Source: Deltaproteobacteria bacterium (lineage in GTDB: Bacteria; Desulfobacterota; Deferrimicrobia; Deferrimicrobiales; Deferrimicrobiaceae). From it: DNA of 64,000 nt. Below, piece by piece: positions 49,354 through 58,277 of this stretch. The position numbers were made by a program, and so were the translations under genes. Every line of letters begins with the position of its first letter. The first letter of the stretch is position 1. The notes beneath the pieces are model-generated. The model did no database searches. It saw only the letters and a list, made by a program, of their open reading frames with translations, and was not told the DNA's origin. Location of the stretch: positions 215,183 to 279,182 of the forward strand of contig JAKAHC010000004.1 in NCBI GenBank assembly GCA_021815305.1, given 5' to 3'.

Positions 49354-50721
49354 TTACCAGTCTTCCTTCTGCTTCTCCGCCATCTTGTCGAAGTAGAGTT
49401 CCGGGGAGGTCAGCTTCCGGATCTCTTCCTCCGTGTACCCCAGCGCCCTGAAATTCAGCACGCCGTTCGGTGCGTGGCAGTTCTCGCAAGAAAGCGCCCT
49501 CTTTTTCGTCACCAGGTGGCTGCTTCCGAAGTAGATCACCTGCCAGCCGGGAACGGGATCGTACTCCTGGATTCCGAGGGTCTTCGCCGCCGATGCGACT
49601 CCGGCCAGGGTGTCGCCCGTGGCCATCGGCGGGGCGAAATCCATGGAAAGCAGCTTCCCCGTCTTCCGGTCGAAGTACGCTTTCCCCTCGTACATCTTGA
49701 ACGGGTAGATCTTGCTCTCCTTGTCCCCGCGGCTCCCTTTCGGGCCGATGAACGTCGGGGTGTTGGTGACGGTCTTGTTGTACCAGGCATACACCGGCGC
49801 GGTCTCGTTGGCTTCCTTGCGCAGCGTGGTGGGCTCGAAGAAGCCGTCGGGCCCCTGGGTCCACCGGGTGAAATCCTTGGCGAGCGCCCCGCCCGTCTTC
49901 GGGATGTGGCACGTCTGGCATGCGACGCGGGCGACGTGGCGGTTGAGATCCTTGTCCTGGTGGGGTGACGCCTCGTGGCAATCCCCGCACGATACGCGTA
50001 CCCCGTCGCTGGCCCAGTTGTTCGGATCGAATCCCGTCGGGATCCTGTGGTCCTTCGCCGCGTGGCAGTCGACGCACACCATGCCCTTCGCCGCGTGAAC
50101 GTCGGTCTCCTTGGTGAAGGCGAACCCGCGCTTGATGAGCACTCCTCCCCCGGCCGCCTCGTGGCACACCATGCAGTTCTTGACCCCGGGCTTCCCCACC
50201 GAAAGCGCCGCCTTCACGCTGCGGTCCTGCCCCATCACGACCCGTCCCGCCGCATCCTTGTATGGCTGGCGCAGCCGGAAGTCGTAGGATAAGGAGTGAC
50301 ACACGAGGCAGTCTATGGCGTTCTCGGCGTCCTTCCCCGTGCTGCCCACGTCGCTGATGTGGTTCCCGGGGTGGCAGGTGTTGCACCCGGTGAACTTCGT
50401 CTTCCCCGTCTTCGGGTTCGGCGGGATCTCCTTCAGGTTGTTCACGATGTCGTTCCCGTTGCACATCGTGTAGATGCGGTTCTTCATCCCGTACTCTTTC
50501 CCGGGCGTAAGGTTGTCCACGTTCCCCACCGGCGAAGCGTGCTTCCAGTGGACGGTGCCGAGGAACATCTTCGCCGTCCCCGGGTGGCACCCCTGCGCCT
50601 CGCAGGTCGACGGCCCATGGTAGCCGTTCTTTTCGATGTAGGCTTTCCCGGGATGCTCCTTCGCCAGGGCGAACGAACCCGTCACCGCCAACAGGAACAA
50701 CACGATCGGATACCGTTTCAC
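49354..50721 (-). CDS. Periplasmic octaheme c-type cytochrome (octaheme tetrathionate reductase-like)
   Basis: GTG start, signal peptide; 7 CXXCH (CNTCH, CLVCH, CMVCH, CVDCH, CGDCH, CQTCH, CENCH) plus one CX4CH (CEAQGCH); DVH..G, ACQTCHIP, KIYPFK. Confidence 0.85.
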   Translation of the reverse strand: MKRYPIVLFLLAVTGSFALAKEHPGKAYIEKNGYHGPSTCEAQGCHPGTAKMFLGTVHWKHASPVGNVDNLTPGKEYGMKNRIYTMCNGNDIVNNLKEIPPNPKTGKTKFTGCNTCHPGNHISDVGSTGKDAENAIDCLVCHSLSYDFRLRQPYKDAAGRVVMGQDRSVKAALSVGKPGVKNCMVCHEAAGGGVLIKRGFAFTKETDVHAAKGMVCVDCHAAKDHRIPTGFDPNNWASDGVRVSCGDCHEASPHQDKDLNRHVARVACQTCHIPKTGGALAKDFTRWTQGPDGFFEPTTLRKEANETAPVYAWYNKTVTNTPTFIGPKGSRGDKESKIYPFKMYEGKAYFDRKTGKLLSMDFAPPMATGDTLAGVASAAKTLGIQEYDPVPGWQVIYFGSSHLVTKKRALSCENCHAPNGVLNFRALGYTEEEIRKLTSPELYFDKMAEKQKEDW

Positions 50722-50774
50722 GCTCCCCTCTCCTTTTGCGCGGGCGCGAAGGGATTTCCCCGGCCCGTCCGTTG

Positions 50775-51101
50775 TCAGCATCCCGCAGTCTTGCGGAAAT
50801 ATTTGCTTACGTTCTTGCCGTCCTTGACCTCGTACTTCAGCCGGATCTCGTCGCCGACGACGATCCGGTGGTCCTTGAACTTGTCCAGCGTCAGTTCGTC
50901 GTTGACGATCACGGTCACCAGGCCCCCGCCCTTGTTGTCCTTCAGGGTGGCCGTGGCCGTGGCGGCGTCGGGACCGGAGATGTCGATCTTCGTGATCACT
51001 CCGATCATCTTGATCTCGTCCGCCGAAGCGGAAGCCGGAACGAAAACCGTCGCCGCGAGGGCGACCGCGAACAGAAGGAATACGACCGCGAACCGTTTCA
51101 T
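50775..51101 (-). CDS. Small periplasmic beta-rich protein ending in -AGC
   Basis: RBS AAGGAG, signal peptide ending ASA, single C-terminal Cys before TGA. Confidence 0.78.
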   Translation of the reverse strand: MKRFAVVFLLFAVALAATVFVPASASADEIKMIGVITKIDISGPDAATATATLKDNKGGGLVTVIVNDELTLDKFKDHRIVVGDEIRLKYEVKDGKNVSKYFRKTAGC

Positions 51102-51168
51102 TGCGCTCTCCTTGTGCAGCCGTGGAGGCCTTGGGCGTTCCCGCCCAAGGCCCTCCACGCCTCATTTG

Positions 51169-52698
51169 TCAGAACTTCACCTCGAACGTGCCGTAGATGT
51201 CCTGTGCGCTCTTCATGGGGGTCAGCATCTGCGCGTTCATGGGACTCGCCGCGAGATCCGCGATCTTCACCGGCGCGCCGACCCAGTTGTTGGTCCCCGT
51301 GTAGTCGAAGTCGTAATACTGGTACCCGAACCGGAAGAACGCCTTCGAGAAATAGGAGGAAACGGGGGCGGCGTTGATCTCCTGGATCAGGTATACCTCG
51401 TAGACGCTGCCCCGGGTTCCCAGCTTGCTCGTCCAGATGTCGTCCCCGGCGGGAACGAAGGTGATCCAGTTCTTCGAGCCGTAGTTGTACTCCGCGCCGA
51501 TCTTCGTCCGCGTGGAGGGGAAATCGTACCTCCCGCCCGCGTAGATCGCCCCGCCCGTCTTGGATTCGGCCTGCCCCGTGTACATCAGCCCGGCGCCGGT
51601 GTCGATGCCGCCGAACACCACGGTGTTCGAGTTCGGATGGGTCTTGGACAGGGCCACGCTACCGAACACGTTGAGGGTTCCCGGGCCGACGCGCTTCAGG
51701 GTGCTGAGGGCCGTCGCGCCGAACCAATCGATGTCCCCGAGATCGGTGTGGGGGCTCAAGGGGCCGAGGGTGGAGGACGCGAAGACCGGGAAATCGAAGA
51801 TGTGCATCCCCCGGTTGTACTGCAGGTTCAGGTACAGGCGGTCCGTGTCGTACGGGACGACGGATACGCCGATCATGTCCGTGTCCTTGAGGTTGTTGTT
51901 CGATGTGAACGGGCTCGTATAGCCGTTCTCGAACCCCCGGCCGTAACAGAACTTCGCGTACGCGCCCGGAAGCGCCTCGACGTCCGGCGCCCATCCCAGC
52001 GTCAGGCCGTCGAACGCGTAGTCGACCAGCAGGGCGGGGATGCCGCCGTTGCCGGGCTTCTCCCGGTTCTCGCGCAGGTGGGACGGGATGCCCCCCGTGG
52101 AGGGGCGCCGCCCGACGGAGAACCAGACGGGAGCATCGAGGATGTTCGACCAGGTCGCGTACGCCTGGTCCACGGTGAGCCTTCCGTCGCCGGGGACGTG
52201 CCCTTCCGTCCCGTCGAACACGCCGATCCGGTCCGCGAAGAAGGTGCCGGAAGTCGCCGCGGTGTCGCCGTTCCCCCACGTTTTGTACATGAGCAGACGC
52301 GCCGTGAAACTGACGTCGCGCGTTGCCTTCGCCTTCAAGTTCAGGCCGAACCGGTTGGTGTAGAGCACGTCGTTCTTGACCGTCTCCGCCTGGGAGAGCG
52401 GCGGAGCTCCTACCATGCCGCCCATCTGCCAGGCGACGATGTTCGCAAACCCGTAGTAGTTGGGGACCTTGCCGGACAGGGAGTCGACCCGGAACCGGTA
52501 GTCGCCCCCGATCGTCAGCCAGTCGGATAGCGACTTCTTGTTTTTCGTCTGGGTCACCTGCTGCTGCAGGTCCCGCACCTCCTTCGACAGGGCGTCCAGT
52601 TTTTTCTGGATCTCCTCGTCTGCCGCGCGGGCCCCCTGCGGGAGAACCAGGGTTGCCATCAGGATTGCCGCCAACACGAAACCACACCGCCTGCCCAT
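51169..52698 (-). CDS. Outer-membrane beta-barrel porin (DUF3373-like)
   Basis: Signal peptide, N-terminal coiled coil, GGDYRFR, GRRPSTGG, KLGTRG, C-terminal aromatic (FEVKF). Confidence 0.8.
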   Translation of the reverse strand: MGRRCGFVLAAILMATLVLPQGARAADEEIQKKLDALSKEVRDLQQQVTQTKNKKSLSDWLTIGGDYRFRVDSLSGKVPNYYGFANIVAWQMGGMVGAPPLSQAETVKNDVLYTNRFGLNLKAKATRDVSFTARLLMYKTWGNGDTAATSGTFFADRIGVFDGTEGHVPGDGRLTVDQAYATWSNILDAPVWFSVGRRPSTGGIPSHLRENREKPGNGGIPALLVDYAFDGLTLGWAPDVEALPGAYAKFCYGRGFENGYTSPFTSNNNLKDTDMIGVSVVPYDTDRLYLNLQYNRGMHIFDFPVFASSTLGPLSPHTDLGDIDWFGATALSTLKRVGPGTLNVFGSVALSKTHPNSNTVVFGGIDTGAGLMYTGQAESKTGGAIYAGGRYDFPSTRTKIGAEYNYGSKNWITFVPAGDDIWTSKLGTRGSVYEVYLIQEINAAPVSSYFSKAFFRFGYQYYDFDYTGTNNWVGAPVKIADLAASPMNAQMLTPMKSAQDIYGTFEVKF

Positions 52699-52755
52699 GT
52701 CTTCCCTCCTTGGTACCGGCGGAGGTCGCCCCCCCACCCGGCAGGAAGGACACAG

Positions 52756-52770
52756 GCGAAAAGCATGCCA
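52756..52770 (-). promoter_or_regulatory. Sigma54 (-24/-12) promoter of the porin-cytochrome operon
   Basis: Minus strand TGGCATGCTTTTCGC = GG-N10-GC, about 58 bp upstream of the porin ATG. Confidence 0.72.
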
Positions 52771-52853
52771 CGTCTCCATATAGCGATAACCCACAAGAAA
52801 TCAATGGGTTTTGTCCCTGGATCCACACCCATTGCTTCCCCGGATGTTTCGCT

Positions 52854-52946
52854 TTGTTTCAACGGTAAATGAAACAACGGTTTGGCGGGAACATATTTGG
52901 GTACAACCGGTTTCATTTCAATGCATTGTGATGAAATCACCGGTTG
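52854..52946. promoter_or_regulatory. Candidate upstream activator (enhancer) sites
   Basis: Perfect TTGTTTCA-N8-TGAAACAA (52854-52877) and imperfect inverted repeat CAACCGGT...ACCGGTTG (52904-52946). Confidence 0.6.
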
Positions 52947-52999
52947 AAACAAAATGCAACGCGTGTTACCATGGCGAAACATTTCGGCCAGGGGGAGCC

Positions 53000-54724
53000 A
53001 TGGAAACCACCGATCTCTTCGAAAATCTGCTCATCGAATCGATCTCCGATTGCGTGTTGGCCCTCTCGCCGCAAGGGAAGGTCCTGTTCGCCAACCGGTC
53101 GTTTCTCGCCAAGCATGGGTACCGCCTCGATGAAATCGCCGGGAAACCGTGCCGCGAAGTGGTGCACGAGTCGATCTGCGACAACGGATGTCCGTTCACG
53201 GAGGTCCTGGAAACGGGCCGTCCGGAGGATCGTTTCGACGTGGAGGTCCGCGGAAAGGACGGCGAGGAGATGAGCGCCTGCGTCAACTTCACTCCCCTGC
53301 GGGACCTCTCGGGAACGGTGATCGGGGTGGTCGAGGTGATCCGGGACATCACCAAGCTCAAGGAACTGAAGGACAACCTGAAAAGGACGAGCTCCATGTA
53401 CCGCAGGGAGCGCATCAAGATCGACACCATTCTCGACAACATCCCTTCCGGCGTCTACTCGGTGGACAAGGACATGCGGCTGCTCTCCTTCAACCGGACC
53501 CTCGAAAGGATCACCGGGTACGCGGCGGACGAAGTCCTCGGGAAAAAGTGCACGGAAGTGCTGCGCTCCGACTTCTGCGAGGCGGGCTGTCCCCTGAAGC
53601 GGTCGATGCACACGGAGGAGACGATCCGCGGAGCCGAGGTGAACCTGCGGGCGAAAGACGGGTCCGTGGTCCCCATCGCCTCGAGCACCGCGGTGCTGAG
53701 GGACGAGGAGGGACGCCCCATCGGCGGGATCTGCTCCTTCCGGGACCTCCGTGGGCTCCACTCGATCCCCTTCCCCCATGCGCAGGTGCGCGAATTCCAG
53801 GGGATGGTGAGCAAGAACCCGAAGATGCACGAGATCTTCGGACTGATCGAGACCGTGGCCGATTCCGACGCCAACGTCCTCATCGAAGGGGAAAGCGGTA
53901 CGGGAAAGGAGCTCGCCGCGAGGGCGATTCATCGGCTGAGCGCCCGGTCGGAAAAACCGTTCCTCGGCGTCAACTGCGCCTCCCTGAACGAGAACCTGAT
54001 GGAAAGCGAGCTGTTCGGGCACGTGCGGGGGGCGTTCACGGGAGCCGTCAAGGACCGCATGGGAAGGTTCGAGATGGCGGAAGGCGGCACCCTTCTCCTC
54101 GACGAAATCTCGGAGATCGGCCCGCACCTCCAGGCGAAGCTCCTGCGCGTGATCCAGGAGCGGGAATACCAGAGGGTCGGCCAGACGCAGACCCGGAAGG
54201 CCGATGTGCGGATCATCTCGGCGGCCAACAGGTTCCTGAAAGGGCGCATGGAGAAGGGCGCATTCCGGGACGACCTCTATTACCGGCTCAACGTGGTGTC
54301 CATCACCCTCCCGCCCCTGCGGGAACGCAAGGAGGACATTCCCTTCCTGGCGGAACATTTCCTGGCCCGGTCCCAGGACCGGCAGGGGTGCACCGCCAAG
54401 ACGTTTTCCCCGCTGGCGATGCAGGCGCTTCTCGAGTACCCGTGGCCGGGCAACGTGCGGGAACTCGAGAACGCCGTCGAGCGGGCGAAGATCTGCTGCA
54501 GGGGAAACCTCATCGAGGAATCGGCGCTCTCCACGGAGATTCGCCACAGGGTGGCGAAAAGCGGGATGCGCGGCTCTCCCGGCGGGACGGCGGCAAGGGA
54601 ATCGGAAAGGATCCGGGAAACCCTGGGGCGGTGCCGCTGGAACCGGGCGGAGGCGGCGGCGCTGCTCGGAGTAAGCCGCGTCACGCTCTGGAGGCGGATG
54701 AAGCAGCTGGGCATCGTCTCCTGA
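53000..54724 (+). CDS. Sigma54-dependent activator with tandem PAS domains and Fis-type HTH
   Basis: [40 protein letters not shown]; two PAS domains each with CX8CX3CP. Confidence 0.92.
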   Translation: METTDLFENLLIESISDCVLALSPQGKVLFANRSFLAKHGYRLDEIAGKPCREVVHESICDNGCPFTEVLETGRPEDRFDVEVRGKDGEEMSACVNFTPLRDLSGTVIGVVEVIRDITKLKELKDNLKRTSSMYRRERIKIDTILDNIPSGVYSVDKDMRLLSFNRTLERITGYAADEVLGKKCTEVLRSDFCEAGCPLKRSMHTEETIRGAEVNLRAKDGSVVPIASSTAVLRDEEGRPIGGICSFRDLRGLHSIPFPHAQVREFQGMVSKNPKMHEIFGLIETVADSDANVLIEGESGTGKELAARAIHRLSARSEKPFLGVNCASLNENLMESELFGHVRGAFTGAVKDRMGRFEMAEGGTLLLDEISEIGPHLQAKLLRVIQEREYQRVGQTQTRKADVRIISAANRFLKGRMEKGAFRDDLYYRLNVVSITLPPLRERKEDIPFLAEHFLARSQDRQGCTAKTFSPLAMQALLEYPWPGNVRELENAVERAKICCRGNLIEESALSTEIRHRVAKSGMRGSPGGTAARESERIRETLGRCRWNRAEAAALLGVSRVTLWRRMKQLGIVS

Positions 54725-55003
54725 GCGGAGTGGAAGCCCCCCGCGAGCCCGGAGCCCCCGGCAGAACACGTTGCCGAACCGAATCGGGCCGCCAAATGCT
54801 GCGTTTCACAAATACGGTAATGTAGCCGGGCGCAGGGCGCAGCGGGGGGTTCCACGAAGCGGCGTATGGAGCGAGGCACTGATCGGTTTCGTCGAGCGGA
54901 ATCGCAGCGAGCGGGCGAAGGTCGCGAGCGTAGCGGAGTGGAAGCCCCCCGCGAGCCCGGAGCCCCCGACAGAACACGTTGCCGAACCGAATCGGGCCGC
55001 CAA
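54724..55003 (+). repeat. 72-bp direct repeat (54724-54795 and 54932-55003) flanking a palindromic spacer
   Basis: Copies differ at one base (GGCAG vs GACAG); spacer motif GCGGGGGGTTCCAC is complementary to GTGGAAGCCCCCCGC in the repeat. Confidence 0.85.
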
Positions 55004-55019
55004 GGCCGGGAGGTAAGTC

Positions 55020-55817
55020 ATGGAGACAGGGAGCATCGGTCGGCGGGATTTCGCCGCCTGGGCTGCCGGCGCGCTGTTCTTCTGTGGGGCGGCGGTCCGC
55101 CCCGTGGGAGGGCACGACGCGGCGATTCCCCCCATCGACGCGGCCGCGCCGGCGAAGACGGCGACGGCGACGTTCGCACTGGGGTGATTCTGGGGACCCG
55201 ACTCCCGGTTCGGGAGTCTTCCCGGCGTCATCCGGACCCGCGTGGGGTACACGGGCGGGACGACGAAGAACCCGACGTACCACCTGCTGGGGGACCACAC
55301 GGAGTCCGTGGAGGTCGATTACGATCCCGTGCGCATCGGCTACGCGCGGCTGCTGGACGTCTTCTGGGCGAGCCACCACCCGGGGGATCGCCCCTGGACG
55401 CGCCAGTACCGGGCCGTCGTCTTCTATCACGACGAGGAGCAGCGGCGGGAGGCGGTCGCGTCGCGCGACCGGGTGGCGGAGCGGATCCACGGGAAGGTTT
55501 ACACGGAGATCCTCCCCGCGGGGGTGTTCTACCCCGCGGAAGGGTATCATCAGAAATACGCCCTCCGGAACTACCCCGATTTGGAAAGGGAGTTCCGCGC
55601 CATCTACCCGAAAGAGGGCGATTTCGTCGCTTCCACGGCCGTGGCGAGGGTCAACGGGTACGTCGCGGGGGATGGGTCCCTCGCGCAGCTGTCGAAGGAG
55701 CTGTGGAACCTCGGCCTGTCGCCGGCCGCCGGCAGAAAACTGTGGGAGATCGCCTGCAGGAAAGCGGATCGGCGGGGAAGCGGCGCCGGGACGGACTCGG
55801 CCTGCCCTGTGAGGTGA
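55020..55817 (+). CDS. msrA: Peptide-methionine (S)-S-oxide reductase with in-frame TGA (predicted Sec at codon 56), Tat-exported
   Basis: ATG 55020 after GGAGG; GRRDF Tat motif; FALG-TGA-FWG in place of GCFWG; GYTGG, HTE, FYPAEGYHQKY. Confidence 0.88.
55200..55218 (+). promoter_or_regulatory. Putative SECIS element of msrA
   Basis: GACTCCCG-GTT-CGGGAGTC perfect 8-bp hairpin; G-initiated loop 20 nt after the TGA at 55185-55187. Confidence 0.7.
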
Positions 55818-56054
55818 CGTTCCCTTGGAGGGAAGACTCCGCTTGCGATTCCGGTACCGAAGTGATACTGTGACGGCAGTTCAAATACTCCGAGACGCAA
55901 TCCTCTCCCCCAGGGTCCTTTCGAAGAAGCAGGCCCGCCGCCCCGGCCGGGCCGCTGAAGCTTCTCCCGAGATTTCACCATGCGGAAGATCGGACGGGCG
56001 AACCGCCCGCCCAACGGTTGTGCTTGGTGAAAACCCGAAGGAGAAGAAGAGAAA

Positions 56055-57323
56055 ATGGCGGAACAGGAAACATCGAGGGAAAGAGCGTCGTTTGAGACTT
56101 TCGGGCTTCGGCCCGAGATCCTCCGCGCCGTCGCGGAGAAGAGCTACACCACCCCCACCCCCATCCAGGAGAAAGCGATCCCCCTCGTCCTCGAGGGGAA
56201 GGACCTTCTCGGCTGCGCCCAGACCGGCACCGGGAAAACGGCCGCCTTCGCCCTCCCGATCCTCCACCGCCTGCAGGATGCGCCATGGAAGGGACCCGGA
56301 CGGCGGCCCATCCGCGTCCTCGTGCTGACGCCGACGCGGGAACTGGCCTCCCAGATCGCGGAGAGCTTCGGCGCGTACGGAAAGTACACGGGGCTAAAGC
56401 ACGCCGTCGTGTTCGGCGGCGTCAGCCAGCACCCGCAGGCGCAGGCACTGCAGCGGGGGATCGACATCCTGGTGGCCACTCCCGGACGGCTGCTCGATCT
56501 CATGTCCCAGCGGCTTGTCGATTTGCGCACCGTCGGCACCTTCGTCCTGGACGAAGCCGACCGGATGCTCGACATGGGTTTCATCCAGGACATCCGGCGG
56601 GTCATCGACCAACTGCCCGGGAAACGGCAGACGCTCTTTTTCTCGGCCACGATGCCCCGGGAGATCCAGGGGCTGGCCGATACCATCCTGCGCGACCCGG
56701 TCAGGGTGGCGGTAACGCCGGTGGCGACCCCGGCCGAGGCGGTGGAACAGCGGGTCCACTTCGTGGAGAAGCACGACAAGATCGAACTGCTCAAGCACCT
56801 GCTCACGGATCCCTCCGTCAAAAACGCGCTGGTCTTCACGCGCACGAAGCATGGCGCCGACGGGGTCACGACGCAGTTATCCCGACACAAGGTCAAGGCC
56901 GAGGCGATCCACGGCAACAAGTCCCAGAATGCCCGGGAAAAGGCGTTGGGCAGTTTCAAGCGGGGCCTGACGCGGGTGCTCGTGGCGACGGACATCGCCG
57001 CAAGAGGCCTCGACATCGCCGACCTGTCCCACGTGATCAATTACGACCTTCCCAATGAACCGGAAAGCTATGTCCACCGGATCGGGCGCACGGGGCGCGC
57101 AGGCGCATCCGGCATCGCCCTGTCCTTCTGTTCCTTCGAGGAGCGCCCCTTTCTCGCCGGCATCGAACGGCTGATCCGCAAACATCTCCAGGTGGTTGCG
57201 GAGCACCCATACCGCTCCGCCCGCAACCCCGGACCGCCGACGGACCTCGACCCGCGACGCGCCCACGGCGTGCCGGCGCTGTCCCTGGTCCATCCGGACG
57301 AGGTGTTCCCGCGGGGCAGATGA
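56055..57323 (+). CDS. DEAD-box RNA helicase (RhlE-like)
   Basis: Q motif [39 protein letters not shown]; frame stays open 42 codons beyond the TGA. Confidence 0.92.
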   Translation: MAEQETSRERASFETFGLRPEILRAVAEKSYTTPTPIQEKAIPLVLEGKDLLGCAQTGTGKTAAFALPILHRLQDAPWKGPGRRPIRVLVLTPTRELASQIAESFGAYGKYTGLKHAVVFGGVSQHPQAQALQRGIDILVATPGRLLDLMSQRLVDLRTVGTFVLDEADRMLDMGFIQDIRRVIDQLPGKRQTLFFSATMPREIQGLADTILRDPVRVAVTPVATPAEAVEQRVHFVEKHDKIELLKHLLTDPSVKNALVFTRTKHGADGVTTQLSRHKVKAEAIHGNKSQNAREKALGSFKRGLTRVLVATDIAARGLDIADLSHVINYDLPNEPESYVHRIGRTGRAGASGIALSFCSFEERPFLAGIERLIRKHLQVVAEHPYRSARNPGPPTDLDPRRAHGVPALSLVHPDEVFPRGR

Positions 57324-57480
57324 TACGGCGGCGCGGCCGGACGTGCCGACGGACGTCCGGGGCGCTCGCGGAAAGAGTCGAAATGGAACGGCGGTTTCGG
57401 GGGCGGCAAACCGGGCAAACGCGGACCGGAGCAGCGCCGTCCGGAGCGATAAAGTCCGGCGGATGGGGTAGGATGGATCC

Positions 57481-58272
57481 GTGGGTGCCCCTCTCGAAAC
57501 CCTCTTCGCCGGCGGCGACCGCCTCGAATTCGCCTGGCGCGGCCCCGGGCCGGAGGACGCTCCAACGCTCGTCTTCCTGCACGACGGAACCGGGTGCGCC
57601 GCGACATGGCGGGATTTCCCCGAAACGCTGGCCCGGAAGACGGGGTGCGGCGCGCTCGTCTACAGCCGAGCCGGGTACGGCGGCTCCGATCCCGTTCCCC
57701 TGCCGCGGCCGCTCACGTACATGCACCGGGAAGGTTTCGACGTCCTTCCCGAAACGCTCGATGCGGCGGGGGTCCGCGAGGCCTTCCTCGTAGGGCACAG
57801 CGACGGGGGCTCCATCGCGCTGCTCCACGCTTCCACCCGGCGCGCCTTGCCGAGGGTGCGCGGCTTGCTGCTCGAGGCCCCGCACGTGTTCTGCGAGGAG
57901 ATCACCGTGCGTTCCATCGAGAGGACGCGCGAGGAGTACCTTCAAGGCGACCTGCGGACGAAACTCGAACGGTACCACGGCGGGAACGTCGATTGCGCCT
58001 TCTGGGGCTGGAACCGGGCCTGGCTCGATCCCGGCTTCCGCGCGTGGAACATCGAGGACCGGCTTCCCGAAGTCACGGTCCCGGTGCTCGTGGTGCAGGG
58101 AATCGACGATCCGTACGGGACCCTTCGCCAGGTCGACGCAATCGAGCGCGGGTGCGGCGGGCCGGTCCGCCGGTGCATCCTTCCGCGGTGCGGCCACAGT
58201 CCGCACCGTGAATGCCGCGAGAGCACGCTCGCGGAGATGGCCGCGTTCGTCCGCGGACTCGCCGGGGCCTGA
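57481..58272 (+). CDS. Alpha/beta hydrolase
   Basis: LVFLHD, GHSDGG nucleophile motif, GHSPH. Confidence 0.88.
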   Translation: MGAPLETLFAGGDRLEFAWRGPGPEDAPTLVFLHDGTGCAATWRDFPETLARKTGCGALVYSRAGYGGSDPVPLPRPLTYMHREGFDVLPETLDAAGVREAFLVGHSDGGSIALLHASTRRALPRVRGLLLEAPHVFCEEITVRSIERTREEYLQGDLRTKLERYHGGNVDCAFWGWNRAWLDPGFRAWNIEDRLPEVTVPVLVVQGIDDPYGTLRQVDAIERGCGGPVRRCILPRCGHSPHRECRESTLAEMAAFVRGLAGA

Positions 58273-58277
58273 TCGGC

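Noticed and set aside
54724-55003. Possible CRISPR array or integron attC site
   Set aside because: Only two 72-bp copies with a 136-bp spacer; no cas or intI gene and no convincing attC core sites
55818-56054. Long structured leader of the DEAD-box helicase gene
   Set aside because: Short hairpins only; long leaders are common for these genes and no specific element can be supported
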